From: Antedon mediterranea
Lineage: Eukaryota; Animalia; Echinodermata
DNA: 64,000 bases
NCBI RefSeq assembly: GCF_964355755.1
Contig: NC_092672.1
Location: 1,488,001 to 1,552,000, forward strand
Reading direction: 5' to 3'
This document shows positions 27,801 through 42,558 of the stretch, piece by piece. The notes beneath the pieces are model-generated. The model was not told the DNA's origin, did not search any database, and was given only the letters and a program-made list of their open reading frames with translations. The stretch's first letter is position 1. Every line of letters starts with the position of its first letter. The position numbers and the translations under genes are program-made.

Positions 27801-29226
27801 TAAATCAAATCAATTGTGGTTTTTAGACGTTTTAAGCTACTGATACTAAATTCCACATTGTCCTTTCCTATATTCAAGTAGGCCCTTTGGGATATTGGTA
27901 AATATGACTTACGTATTTGTTGCCAAGTTGTTTTGTAATTCAAATACGATGCCTGATCTTGACTGAAAGGTGAGGTATTTCTAATTGAAATGCTAAATGC
28001 ATACGCCTTGCAAGGACTATTTTCATAAAATTTCCATTTGCTTTACAGACTGAAATTTAACCATCGTCATTCACTGACCTAGCGGTTCTGGCGTTCCGCC
28101 TTACAACTTATTCGGCGCATTATAAATATGAATTGAATTGAATAAAGAATCTTAGAAATAATTATAACCAACCCCAACATATTTTGAAAAAACGTATCAA
28201 ATTTAAACTGGAAAATATGTTTTCAAATTTTACAAGCTCTGCCCTCTCAATGTAAATACAGTACAATCACTATTTACCCGTGTTTCTATTTTACATCAAG
28301 AAAATTCTAGATCGCATAAACAGTTATTTACAGTAAATATTACACGTACCGTCTACGCGTGCAAACGTTGATGGTACGCGTGCAAACGTTGATGGTACGC
28401 GTGCGTACATCATTATGCGGTGGTGGTGGCATCGCCGACGCTATTATTCACACGTAAACATTATTTGACTGACGTGATGACGTAAATTGATCGACACGAG
28501 TTGTCGTCTGCAAAACCACACGTGTCATAAAATGTGCATGATCTGATATTAGATTTTGATTCAATCGGATTTATAGAAAACCCCAACAGATGCCTACATC
28601 CAACTTGATTAAGACATTTCGACCACACGCAGTAAGTTCACCCAAAGGTTGTATGTTGTAACACTTTCTTGTATTATCACTTTTCTTTTAAAATTAATTG
28701 ATTGGCTACGTCATTACTGCGTTTACTCCTTCTGAACGCAACAAGATTCAAGAGTATCTGCGTTTCATCGCCAATCTACATAGTTCCGTTTTACCTGGGT
28801 GTGTGTATATACGTTGACGATATTCGTTTATACGAGTATAAGCTTTGTTACCACTCAGCAAACTAAGGACGCAGGTAAATGTTGGCGATCGTTTAAACGC
28901 GCGCTTGATTGGAAAATTCACTTTACGTTGCGCATACCACCATTTTGGGTCCCTTCATTGCGCGTACATCTAATGCGTTCCTCATACGGTATGTACGTGC
29001 CTTGTGCAGCACTACTTACATCCTTGTGTAGTGCGCGTATGTACGTTGCTGCGCGTAAGGTATTGCGTTGTGCGTCCAATCTTAAAGAAAATCAATCTTC
29101 TCGTTAACGTTTGTATCTTGACGTCTGCACCCTTTGTTGCAGATTTTGTACGATTTACCGTCTTGAAAAACATTTACGGAAATCTCCAAATATGTTCAAT
29201 AAATACGTCCGGATTAAAGCAAAATC

Positions 29227-29316
29227 ATCATTCTATCAAGTCACCTCATCAGCAAGGATACATGTTGCCTCATATCATTCTATCAAGTCACCTCATCAGC
29301 AAGGATACATGTTGCC
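29227..29316. repeat. ~47-bp tandem duplication
   Basis: ATCATTCTATCAAGTCACCTCATCAGCAAGGATACATGTTGCCT occurs twice. Confidence 0.85.
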
Positions 29317-31501
29317 TGATATCATGGCAGAGAAGAATACCATGAGAACTTCTTGATAAACATCTTGCCGACTAATGACTGTCTGCATTGTCAAATCATC
29401 AGGAGACGCATTTTCAGGTTTCTTTCGACTTGCCACTTTGCCTTCGTCGTCTCTCAGTTGTTGCTTTACATTCAAATATTCTCTCCACATACATACAACA
29501 ACATTAATCTCTCATTAATGAACATATTTCATGTACTTTACATTACCTTAACATTCAGTTGACGAATGATTGTGACATTTAGAAAAATTAAGAAAGTTAA
29601 GGTAGTAAATTACACGATAAGCTCATCGTCTGATACTAAACGATGTCCAATTTCAAATACGCACCTTTCTGAGGGTAAATGAATTCGATACATTTCAAGC
29701 CGAAATGGTGTTTCATATTAAGTAAATATAATAATAAAATTTAAATAATCGATATTAATTTTTAAATATTTCTACTCAAAAAATGAGTGTGTAGGTATGT
29801 CGTTATTTAAATGTCATCATTATTGTATACGTAAATAATACCATTAATGTGCATGTTTTATGATTGTTACAAAAGTTTTTCACTGATATTAAGTTAGTAC
29901 ACTGGTATTTATTGAACTTAAGTCATTATAAAATTAATTCAATTAATACCGTACAGTATAATTATTAAGTTATTTTATGACTATTTTCTTAAATCGAGTG
30001 CGTGTTACTGTTAGTAGGCCTACTGTTTAGTTAGAGCTAGGTGAAAATAAGCCGGATTCACTGTCAAAAAATGGACTTAAGTAGTTTAACACCATTTTAA
30101 AGAAACGTACACCTGTGCTGTTTTAATTTACTCTGTTTTGTTATTTCTCATAAGTAACTTGGCGAGATAATAGCTATATCGGTATACAAGGCAGTACAGT
30201 ACAAAGTTTAGAAACTACAGAATACTGATGAAAAGGAATTACGATACATGCAAGTGATTAGCAGATGAATACTGATCAGCCAACACCTTTAGAAGGAACA
30301 TCTCCACCTATCCTTATTGCTAGTGTTCTAATTAAACAACAACCAATTAACACTTTAACAAAAGCGTTCGAGAACACCGGTTCACACGTAGTGACGAGAT
30401 ACAAAGAGGTAGACAATATGGCCAAGTATTGGCCATCCTAAAGGGCTTCGTTAGGCCACTCAATTTATCTCCACCAAGTTGTAGAAAATTGAAGTTACTG
30501 TAGGGAGGGTAATGGATTCTTCAAAAATAGCAGTATTTGATAATTTAACAGGTTCTTCGTCATTGTTATAATGATTTTTATTGTCATATTATTTTTTTAA
30601 AGAAAATGAACTAACAATGAATGACTACAAAATAGGTCCAGATTCAAAGTTGACGTAGGTGTATCCTTTTATAAAAAACGAACGAATGACTTTTATTCTA
30701 TATATCAAATCTAATTTACTTATAATGCATATTTTTCTCAGAAAACTTGATACATTTAATTATGGGATTCTAATCAATTAGAATTATCTAATATTCTGTA
30801 ATATTTTCATCTATCATTTATTGCCACACGAACTACTTTAGTATAATTGAAAATAAAAAAAATCGATCTATGAATCTCGACAGGTCAATTCGGCGTATTC
30901 GATGAAAAAAATGTTTCTATACATTTCTGTGGTGACATCACAGCTAAACACAAAACTGACGCGCGCGTACAATCACGCATACACGCGCTTACTATGTCAT
31001 ACAACGCGTCGTTACTACACACACGTTGAGAGATGTACCTCCATGTCACTGATAACATCACCACGTGTTATTTCAAATGTGTACTGTTCACCGGTACTAA
31101 ATTAAATTTATTAAATATTTTTAAAATGGAATTTTAAGTGTACGTCATCGGTGAAAGTATGATACAGTACTCCGTCGTCTCAATATTGTCTTTTATTTTG
31201 GGACGTAATGACAATAGGCTTGATTGATTGAAAATTGATCAGAAAATACTATCAACATTCACAAATACTAGTATTATAAATGAAACACTCTTGTCAAATC
31301 GTTTCTAAATGTCTACACTCTGGATTTACAAAATAGACACGTAAAGATTTCAAAACACACTTAAACTATTCTTGAATTGATGGTAAACTGAAGTATCTCT
31401 TAAGCATTCACTTACCAATATTTGATTATTTAAATCATTACATATAATTAATAAATAATGATTGACATATAAAAACAGACGATTTGTGTGATCTAACTTA
31501 C

Positions 31502-31652
31502 CGGGTATTCCTCTGGAATGTGGAGGATTCCTCTCAGCTTTCAGCGGAATATGTCCCTTATTGCCGGAATTTTTACCTGCCTCGGCTATGCCTACCAAAA
31601 ACAACGATAATAGTAAGATAATCCAACGGGATAAACCTCTTTCATAAAGCAT
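31502..31652 (-). CDS. chrd: Chordin coding exon 1 (signal peptide + N-terminus)
   Basis: MLYERGLSRWIILLLSLFLVGIAEA-GKNSGNKGHIPLKAERNPPHSRGIP. Hydrophobic signal peptide; PLKAERNP resembles vertebrate chordin PIRSEKEP. Ends at a G|GTAAGT phase-1 donor that is in frame with exon 2. Confidence 0.9.
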
Positions 31653-31759
31653 TTTCTTTTAAATCCTCGTTATATGTTAACAATATTAGTTAATGATACT
31701 GTCTGTCACATAGCCTAGCTTTCCAAGCCACCCACAGTCCTCCTTTCCGCACACACAAT

Positions 31760-31975
31760 CTAGAACGAATGAACTTCTTCTTCCCATCGGCCGCCGTGAA
31801 AGCAAAAGAACGTGTCTTCATGCTGATTGGCTACTTAGTTTCACGACGTGATCTTGCTAACATTGACAGCTATAGGCCTACAACATTACAAATCTGTCAA
31901 ATTGCTTATTAATATTATTAGCACTGTATCAAGTAAGTCTGCTATTCAACTAGGGTGGGGTTGGGTGGGTCAATG
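31760..31975 (-). promoter_or_regulatory. Putative chordin core promoter
   Basis: Minus-strand Inr-like TCATTC at 31767-31772, CCAAT box (ATTGG 31826-31830) about 60 bp upstream, and a GT-box/G-tract cluster at 31953-31969. Motif-level evidence only. Confidence 0.4.
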
Positions 31976-34900
31976 CCGTTAACTTGTATACCACCCAGGT
32001 TATTCCTACATATTACATACATCATAGATTCTTATCACATTAATGCTATTTTTAAGAACGTTCTTATCTTCTTTTTTTTGTTTCATATTTTTATTTCATT
32101 TGCGATCAAATTTTTAATTTAGATTATTTTTATAACAATTACAATGATGCTTTGATTGATAGCCTATTGATTATGATAATGATTTCAATGATTATGATGC
32201 TCATGACAAAATGACAATGAATGATTTACGATGGCCTGCACGACGAAAAACTCAGCTGATCGAACGTAAACGACAATAAAGAGGGCGCTGTCTAATTTAT
32301 TTCATACATTAAATGCAATCGTTCGTATTGTAGTATGTCACTGTTACAAAAGGAATTGCTGTTAGCTACGTTATGTATAATTATTATCAGGATCATTGCA
32401 AAATTTAATTTATACTCGATTTGCTAACAAATATTTCACATTAAGGATGGCTTAAATTAAGATATGGGTCGAAGGTGAATGAACTTAATTACCTTTACAT
32501 TAGAGTTTACAACTAATTTGTCCTTAACCCCTAAATGTTCTGAGGCCGCAAGTGGTTAGAGAGAACTTGTTTATTCTGTTTACTCTAATTAAAATGTAAT
32601 TATAAAATTAGCTAACGTTAAACAAGTATGAAATTATATAATCTGACACTATGACGTCAGAGCGCTACTTTACTTTTTATACGCAGGAGTGTTTTTTTTA
32701 TAGTAGGGCTAAAATCTAAAATTGTATAATCAACTATGATTATATTATTAGTAGAAAACAGCATTAAAATAGACCATGCAATGGACTACAGAATATTCCA
32801 CAACACAGGCATATTTCGATTGAAGATCTCATTGTAAGCATTTCCCCGGGCAGGCCCCTCTTTGTAATTGCTAATTTATTTAAACTTTCATAAAGTATTT
32901 ATCGCTTTTTATACCTGATTGAATTCAAAATTATGTATATTACTGCATTAAATATATATAGTCTGCAAAATGATAAATTAAGACATGCCAAAGATTAAAA
33001 TAATGTTAATGGATCGTGAATAAAATAATAATTAGATTTCGATACATTATCCGTACGAACAATATTTTAAAATATAGGCCTACTACCGTACATGTACGCG
33101 GCCCAAATATTTAATCATGATACGAGATTTAATATATTGCGCGCACGTAGCTGCGTTTCACGTACGCACCTGCATTGTGCGTAAATACCTGCGTTTGTGC
33201 GTACGTCTATGTGTTGCGCGTACGTCGATCTGTGTTGGGCGTATGTCATTGCGTTGCGTGTATCTCTGCGTTCTCTATCTTGCGCGTACATAAAATGTAA
33301 ATACAAACATACGTGTCTCAAATATTTAATCATGATACAAAATTTCATTTTAATTTCTTTTTCAGAAATGAAAGGATACATGGAGACAGAAAGCTACCTG
33401 CATAAACCATCGTATAATTTATTGAGAGTGATGGATATTTCACTAATGAGAACAGACGAGACAAAATTCAAGGGAAAATCTAGTGCAAGTTAAAGATTAA
33501 ATGTTCTTATTTATAAATGAATGCATGTCTCTCTGCTGTCCGTCGAATAAACGTGTTCGATTTTTTTTTCTCGCGTTTTATCCGACTGATTATATACTGT
33601 ACGTCCTTATATGGGTTGCTGCTACGGTTAATATTAAAACATTCTGAAACAATGTATTTGCTGCTTCTATAACGAATAAAGAATTTTTTTTTAAATCAAA
33701 TAAAAATTGAGATCTAGAATAGGATTTAGGATTTGAAAGCTGATGCACAATTACGATAATAATAATTTGTGAAAATGTCCATTAACATCGACCTGACATA
33801 TTCGTCATTTGTCCAGCAATTATTATGATACAAAAAGCGAAAGTGATTGTTTTATTTTGTCGTCATTGAGGAGGACAATGCGCTATAATAAATGTGCGGG
33901 GAATTAACTATCTTCTTTTCATGGCTTAGTATTTACCCAGGTGTACTGAATTACACTCCCTATTGAGCCACCGAGCAACTTAAATGCACATTTGACAGTT
34001 AATACTCCTTCTAAAGAGATTTAATGAATTCTTGTTTAAATTGTACTGTGTACACTCTTCACAGATTTAAAACCTTTTCTTTAGAAGTTAAGTAACAAAA
34101 CACGTTTTTTTCATAAACAGCTCCAACCGCTTTTCTTTTCGGAGGGTGAAAAATAAGCCCGCAGCTATCAATTCTTTGGTATTGATATTGTATGGTATAA
34201 TTTACTAAATGGCCAATATATGTTTACATTCTATGATCCTTATTGTTATCGTATCGTTTAATCTGTATCAGTTTTCTGAACTTTCTATAAATTCCGTGTG
34301 AGCTGGCGATGATATCTTCGTCAATAAACGTCGTTCCAAAATTATAAAATATCGACAAACCGTTATATATTTTAGGCCTATATATAGATTCAACACTTAA
34401 ATACCCAAGATACTGTACTAATAACAATATAACAGGCCAAGGGACTGCTAATTAATATGGGGATGGAGTGAGAATGGGCGTGGTTCGAAAGTTTGAAAAC
34501 CCCTCTCAATTTATTTTTAAACAGAGGCTACCATCAGCAGCGAATAATTAAGACTTCTATCCTAGCAAGAAAACTTTTCTTCTATAGAATCCTGTAAAGA
34601 GCCTGGCTACATGATTGGTAATCTATTGTCATTTAGCATTTTACGTTCTTTAATTTGTTGTTAAATGTATATTTATATTTAGTGAACTATTTGTATTTTC
34701 AAACAATCCATCGGTCGTTCAAAATGGTGCGTAATGGGTACAATACTTCTCTTGATGACTGTGGATGTATACATTATTGGGAGAAGCATCAATTTTATTT
34801 GTATTTGGCTTGGACCACTCAACCACATGCTGACGAAGCATTATTTTGACTAATTAGACGTAACTAGATGGAACATCTTATGACATTACACTCGTCGTTC

Positions 34901-35074
34901 AACATGCTGTAATGATATCCGGTTAGTTACTACTGAAACATAAGACACCTTGTCGTCCGGATGGTAGTCGGTTACAAATATGTTTCACATTTTGAAATAA
35001 TGAGAGTGAGATCCTAGTCTGAAACTGTACTTATCGTAATCTATCTATATCATGTGTGTCATTCGCAGTCTTCC

Positions 35075-35625
35075 TCCTCCAACTACGCAGTCCTCCTCCA
35101 ACTACGCAGTCCTCCTCCAACTACGCAGTCCTCCTCCTCCAAACGCAGTCCTCCTCAAAATACGCAGTCCTCCTCCAACTACGCAGTCCTCATACGCAGT
35201 ACCTCAATGCAGTCCTCCTGTAACTACGTAGTCCTCATACGCAGTACGCCTCCAACTACGCAGTCCTTATACGCAGTCCTCACCAAATACGCAGTACTCA
35301 TACGCAGTCCCCCTCCAACTATGCAGTCCTTATACGCAGTCCTCCTCCAACTATGCAGTCCTTATACGCAGTCCCCCTCCAACTATGCAGTCCTTATACG
35401 CAGTCCTCCTCCAACTACGCAGTCTTTATACGCAGTCCTCCTCCAACTACGCAGTCCTTATACGCAATCCTCACCAAATACGCAGTCCTCATACGCAGTC
35501 CTCATACGCAGTCCTCCTCCAACTACGCAGTCCTTATGCGCAGTCCTCCTCCAAATACGCAGTCCTCATACGCAGTCCTCCTCCAACTACGCAGTCCTTA
35601 TACGCAGTCCTCCTCCAAATACGCA
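35075..35625. repeat. Two-unit minisatellite (19-bp TACGCAGTCCTCCTCCAAC and 13-bp TACGCAGTCCTYA)
   Basis: Tandem array seen directly; produces spurious ORFs in several frames. Confidence 0.95.
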
Positions 35626-37088
35626 TTCCTCTTCCAAGCCCCCACATTTACACATTTGTCCACTACAAACGATTTGGCCAAAAACTGTAGCAAACGAACC
35701 AGTATAGTACAGTATCGGTACTTAACACATACCGACACCACACCTCTTACCGACACCACACCCCTTACTGACACCTCACCCCCTCCTCCTCGGCGGCAGT
35801 AATTCGACTTCACACTTGCCCTTGCCTAACAAAATGAAGTTGCATAATAACACCAACTCCCAAAATATGAGCACTGTACTCATTATGGAAGCTATCACAA
35901 CATAGAATGGGTTTGTGCGCAGATGGTCTACGCAATAATGATTGCTGCAGATGAAATCGAAATACCCTAACTGAAAAGTTACACTTCTACAGACATCAAA
36001 TAAAATAATAAAAGCTAGCAGAATGCACGGGCTAGCTTACCAGCATTCATTATTAAACGGTCAAAACTCGTTTTCGCGGTCTATAGCGCACATGAATAAT
36101 GTTGTATGTCTTACTGTTGGTGTCCATGAACTTTTTGAATTTTTAAACTGGTTATTGCAAAATGATTATGGAGAGAGACGTAGCAGCAGCAATCACGTAT
36201 GCACTAACCATCATCGTGAATTAATTACTGATTATTTCTACTCAAGGTCCAAGCAATGATGGTAATTTTAAAGTTGAGGTTGTGAAATTTGTTGGCATAT
36301 TATTAACTAAAATCTTTGTAAAATAATGAACTCCAGGTCTACTACGGTCGATTCTGTGAAGTACACACAGTCGTGATTTAACGAATGATAAGATACAGGA
36401 GTGTGCACAAGAACTCCTATAAAACTTAGTAAGCAGTTTATGACCAACATGTTGGATAATAATGATAAATAAATATTATACATTTCTGTGTCAATCAAGG
36501 ACTTCGAAATTTTGAAAATCTCTAAAAAAATCTGTAAAAGCAGCATATAAACTATACTTTAAAAATTATAAATATAATAATATTAATAAATAAATGTAAA
36601 TACTATATTTTCTGCATTGTATTTGCCGATTTAATTAGATGTGTTTATGCTATTCTAGCTATTCTTTTGATATATTATTTTTTTAAAAAGCATGTTTGTA
36701 ACATTTTATAAACGTGTGAAAATGTGGTGTAAGAATGAACATGACTGGCCTTTGAAGACGGACTTACGAAGACCACACTAATCGTTCAGTCACCCTCCAC
36801 ATATTGGTAGGCTAATTGGAACAATTAAATGCCCATAAGTTACAGAAGAGAGATTAGGATTTGGCAGCGGAGGTGGCAGGTTGTACTCGAGCCGACACGA
36901 TTGATACAGGTGTGAAGAACAAGTTGCTTCAGGGCATAGCAAACTATGTACATATCCGTGACGTGTTCATTGAATGCATCGCAATAACAGGATAAATACA
37001 ACTGAATATGTGTGGATATAAAACTGATAATATTCACTCGTATAAATAAATACAATAGACTATAATCAATTATATATACCGTACAATA

Positions 37089-37207
37089 ACAAGTAATACT
37101 AAATATAAAAGTACCGAAAACAAGATAGGTCCGGTTTATAAATAAATACAAGTAATACTAAATATAAAAGTACCGAAAACAACATAGGTCCGGTTTATAA
37201 ATAAATA
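37089..37207. repeat. ~59-bp tandem duplication
   Basis: ACAAGTAATACTAAATATAAAAGTACCGAAAACAA.ATAGGTCCGGTTTATAAATAAAT occurs twice. Confidence 0.85.
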
Positions 37208-37554
37208 ATTAAGCATGGATACAAAAAAATGGATCTCGATTTCGTGACAATAGTTAATGTAATCTGGGTTTCAAATGCGAGGAAGTGACTTCAATTTAAA
37301 CAATAATAATTCGGCATCTCCATCAGCAACTTACCGCTCAATCTAAAAGCAATAACCATCATAAATACATTTAAAACAAAATACAAACAAACACTTATTT
37401 CAAACTATTTAGAACATTAGTAATTCACAATTGCCTTAAGAATGTTTTTTTTTTCGTTTTTGTGCCTTTTTGTTTCATTTTATTTGTCAATTTGACGAAA
37501 GAAAGAAGTTTGTTTTTGTTCTCTCACTTAAATTAAATAATTAAATATATTACT

Positions 37555-37683
37555 TATCTGGAGGACCAAACTTAAAGCCTTGGCTTAATGCATCCTCCTC
37601 ACACAATTGTATACAATTTATGTTTCTGTTCTATTGTATTGTATTGTGTGAAACAATAAACTTGAAACTTGAAACTTGAAACT
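37555..37683 (+). mobile_element. LINE 3'-end remnant
   Basis: GGAGGA..AAGCCTTGGCTT..TCCTCC stem-loop, AATAAA and (AAACTTG)n tail typical of CR1/L2-group 3' ends. Confidence 0.5.
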
Positions 37684-38086
37684 TTATATCTGTTGTTAGG
37701 TAAATATACAGTAGGCCTACAGTCAGCAAAGCAATGCAGTTTATTTGGATTTAAGCGAATAACTTTAAAATGCACAAATATTATGTCTTTTCAGTTGCTT
37801 TCAGCTCCAATCAGAACAGACAGTCCAAAAGTCCATATTTTGACATTTAATGTTCTAATTCACTTTTGCCTGTCCATAATAGGATGACCATACGTCGCTT
37901 CCAACACAATGACCCTTTAGTATTAAGAGGCCTATTACAATTGACAGAAGTAGGTTTATATTGATAATCTTTAGTATTTTTTAACAATGAAAATTGCATA
38001 TTTTATCAATCTTGCATCTGTCATCATGGTCGTAAGCATTATTCTTTGAAATCTATAAGTAGTTTGGTAAATCAGTATTGTTTTAA

Positions 38087-38242
38087 AGCTCTGTCTACAC
38101 TATCAAACTAGATTGACAACAAAAGTGTGGTGTGCCCATGGTAGTGATATGCCAAAATATGGTCATATTACATCATCATGTCCATATATGGGCACATCAC
38201 ATTTTTTTTTATCATACAACGTTTGATAGTGTAGACAGAGTT
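38087..38242. mobile_element. MITE family A, full copy
   Basis: Same TIRs, TAA on both sides. Confidence 0.88.
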
Positions 38243-41200
38243 TAATAGTATGACGCGCCACGCAACTACCGGTACGCATTGAGTATAATTCTACTGCGCA
38301 TGCTCGTATCTTTCTCAACTTTTGGACAAAATTTCTGGTAAATAACTTTAAAATAGATAGCAAAACCATCTTGTTTTCAAAACTTTTTCTCAGACTTCTC
38401 CATTTAACACGCACTCTCGGCCGATTTTAACTTTATACACGTTACAATATGACATTAGTTCTTAAACTGACAATACTCAAAGTGACATATATTAGTTATT
38501 AAAATTAAACAAAATATTACATTAAGCAAATACATGATGATTTCTCTTCCGTCTCATAAATGTGACAACACAATGAATCACAATCTCAATGTGCTGAGGT
38601 GAAACAGTCGCCGTACATCTTTAACCTAATTATAACTTCCTTAATTTTGAATTATTAAATATAAATAAAATATACAAGACGTCATTACCATTATTAATTT
38701 GAATGCTGGGTGAAAGCCATCAAGTTGGGGTAAAGGATGGTGCATACTGAATCTTTTCACACGCGAATCGACACGCGGCAAGCGTCATATCTTACGTAAA
38801 TACGTAATATTTGACGCGATGAACGATTTACAGTCGTGTGTACTGTAGGTGGTGTGAGAACATAAAATCGAACGTGACGCGAGTCGATTTACTTCAACGC
38901 GGTGACGTGAATTCGGAGCTCGCGCGCGCTTGGAGTTATGCTATCATGCTGTTTGTATTATTGTTGATTGGTGTATAACGTCGTGAGGTGGTTTCCCGAA
39001 TGATCGTAAAATCAAAACGGTACTGGGTATGACCAACTAGCGTTCTTGTCACCAACTAGTCATTCATTCATAGAAGTACTGATGTAGTAGCCTATCTGTA
39101 TGGTCACCATAGAATGTGACCCAAGACATGACTAACGACTTTTAGTTGATAGAAGATTGAAAAAAATTTGTTAAGAAGAGTTGTACTGTATGTGGATGTT
39201 TAATGAAATTATGTCAATAATGTTTACACACTAGGCATAAATAGTAATGTTTGTTAGTATAAATAATTTTGAGTTAATAAGAATAAGATATAAGGAAGAA
39301 AAGCAAAGAGACTATGGATGCAGTAGATCAAATCGGAACAGCTCGATTAAACTCAATAAAACCGATCAACGGTTTAAACTCGATTAATCGATCGCTATAT
39401 AAAGACTTTCTTACGGGTGACCATACCTTAACAGCCAGGAATAACCTTAATACTGTACCGTCTTCTTATAAAGTCTGACGTGTTATTGGTGAGCATTCTT
39501 CAATTCTCTGTCACATTACATAACTGGTTATTTAATAAGAACCCGATAGCAATATGAAAGAAATAAAACAAGTAGGCCTAGGCTAAAGGCAATAACGATT
39601 TGAATCCAATGGTTAGGCTATTATTATCGCAGTGTAATTGTGGAATTACTCTAAATTCATCCATACTACTACTAGAAGCAATACCAATTAATTTACATGG
39701 TAAAAATGTGTTTTCAATGCGAGTTAAAGGTCGTCTTAGCTTCAGGATTACTGACATAACTAAATGTTAATGTGCAAAATAATATATGGCACTTGGAAAT
39801 GCTGCTTGTCATATCAATCAGACGTAACCCAATAATTGCGGCAACGGACCGTGGTATTTTATACGTTTCAAAATGCTTCGTTTTATGTTAAATGTGATCA
39901 CGAGACTACAGCATATAAATATTGAAAATATTATATTTTAATAATACAATAATCATCGAAGTTAACCTGTTTAAACTATTGCCTGGCGATTCGTATTATC
40001 GTGAGGGCGCTGGTGGAATTTCTTTTTTAGTAACGATATACTGAATACTGTACCAGCAACTCGTAATAGGAATATTCCTGTTTTCTTGTTATTGGGATTT
40101 GACCGAGTATAAACAAAATATTATATTTTGGTATATACATGATATTCTGTGATTTATTTATTCAATTTTAGAAAAATCATTTTGCATACATTTCAACTTG
40201 AAAACCAGAACAAACCATAGATTCGACCCAAACCAATTTTACAAACTAACAATTTGACTCCGCTCACACTCTTGGCGTCTCCGGTAATAGACAAAATTGT
40301 AACGGGATGAATTCAATTTTTTGCAGACAAGAAGGTATTCAGACGGTTAATTGTCAAATTACCCTTCGAGCGATTACAGCATGCGAGGGTCAGGCCGGTC
40401 AGGCCTTGTAGCAGTTCATAATTGTCGAATCGGTCAGTATCTTTAAGAAGTAGGCCTATAGTAACAATTCCAGACGCATACTGCTTTCTAAATAATTGAT
40501 AAGCGTTTTATTTGAAAATATTTATATATTTTCCAACTCAACATTATGGAATTTATAATACAGTAGGTGGTGGGGTGTTCTAATTAGGCCTTCTTTTTCT
40601 TCAACAAACAAAACTGATTTGAATATTTCGTTTATAAACTTTAGCATCTCTATGTTCATCTCAGAGATATCATGAATTAAATCCTCCGCTGTTTAAAAGC
40701 CATTCTACCCCAATTAGGAACAAGCACTTTTAAAAAATATGTCAAACATATTGTCGGCTGAATTATCGAAATTGAGAAAACTATAAAACAAATATCCTAA
40801 TTTTGTTGATATTTTGTTCATGTTTAAACTATTATTTTTGAAAATAGCAAAAGCAGCCATAAACATGATAAACATGAAACCGCAACAACTCTCAATTAGT
40901 GTTTTATAATGGTTAAATTACACCCACTAATTCAATGACTTGAAAATAACAAAAAAGTACTTGATCCTTATTAATATGGGTCACATGTGTTTGTCGTTTA
41001 AAATAACCCAGTTAAAATAAATACATTTGAACAGAGTTATGGTGACAGGAAATTTGGGGGTGCTCCTCATCGGCAGATATTTTCAATTCGTCGACAATTA
41101 AACAAGAAGTCGTGATTGATTTGTGAATAAAGACATAAATTATTATCTGATGATGATGAGAACGATTTGACTGAGATTAGGGCCTCTAAAGCTCTGTCTA

Positions 41201-42408
41201 CACTATCATCAATGGTCATTGCAGATCGTTTTGACTTGGATTAATTAGGCTTAGGAGGCCCTACTATAATAATATTTTAATATGTAATGTTTTTCGGTGG
41301 TGAGACACAAAGTATTCTTCATTGTTTGATGCCGTAAATTTCAAATTCGGGAACTCATGTTGGGATGAAATTGTTAAGCTGGATTGTTTACTTTGAAACT
41401 TAATACATTCAGTAGGCCTAATCATTATTGAGAAAATGAACATTTACAAATAGAACAAATAAAATCAAAGAACAACATTCAGAATTATTATGCTGCTAAA
41501 ACCAACTAAGGGCCTTTTAAAACATGGGTATAAAAATAGGGCATAATTGTTCTTTACCTAATTTACATTAATTTACTTGACAATGAAAAAAAAAAATCCA
41601 TGTACTTTCCGCTTTTCTTCATCTAATATTTCACTTCTTCAAAATTTTGGTTATTATATTATATATACAAAAGGCTGAAATTGAAGATTTCGTAGTCATC
41701 TTATACAGTTTATCTAAGTGCAGTTTATTGTTTTCTTAAAATCATGACAATTATGACTCGGCGATTTTATTTGATTGGCTAGTCTCAAGGGAATGGTTAT
41801 TGATGTTGCGTACGTTTGACCCACATAATGTTACGCACGGAATGTCGTTCGTGATATCACGATGGTGTGCGTATTACGTACGCGCGTTCAAACAATGATA
41901 TTATTAATATATCATTTGTAATATATGCCCGTCAACTTCAATGTTACTATCTGCGTATAGTACTTAGTACATCTTTTTTGTCAATTTTGTTGATACAATA
42001 TCGCAAGAATACATATTTTTTTAGCAGATCTTTCAACTATTAACACTAACAGCATTCATAATTGATAGACCTATAACTTCAATATACGACAATTAAAAGT
42101 ATAGACAAAGTAATAAATGAAGTTGAGTTAAAATATCCTCTCAGTACTTAAACCTGGTGTTTTATTTGAAAGAAAAAAAATAAGGGAATTAATAAAGCGA
42201 CGACAGTCTGGACAAGTAAATGGATTCATCTGTATCAGCTGTTTGTATGCCAACATTTGGAGTTAATTTCTTAAACCGGCGTTAATAACCTCACTTGGCC
42301 TACACTGCAGTGTATGTTAAGATTGTTTGTTTCGTTTTTAAATACGCGTAACAAATCCTGCTTCCGATAACCGAAATTTCGAAGTTTAAAAAATGCGTAA
42401 CGCGCGCT

Positions 42409-42558
42409 ACAGCTTGGTTCCCACGGGACGTATCGTACGTAATAACAGTTGACCATTAAATCAATCATTTCGAATGATCCATCGCGTTATGATTGGTCAA
42501 CGAACTTGCGTTACGCACGCGTAAATCGTTGCGTCGCGTTTCCAGAGTGGGAACCAAT
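42409..42558. mobile_element. MITE family B copy
   Basis: TTGGTTCCCAC...GTGGGAACCAA inverted ends, with the GTTGACCA...TGGTCAAC hairpin core. Confidence 0.72.

Noticed and set aside
29230-29320. Tandem minus-strand CTGATGAG as a dimeric hammerhead
   Set aside because: No stem II and no GAAA; a simple 47-bp duplication.
35054-35802. 217-, 149- and 101-aa repetitive ORFs
   Set aside because: Open in several frames because the minisatellite lacks stops; no splice or domain evidence.
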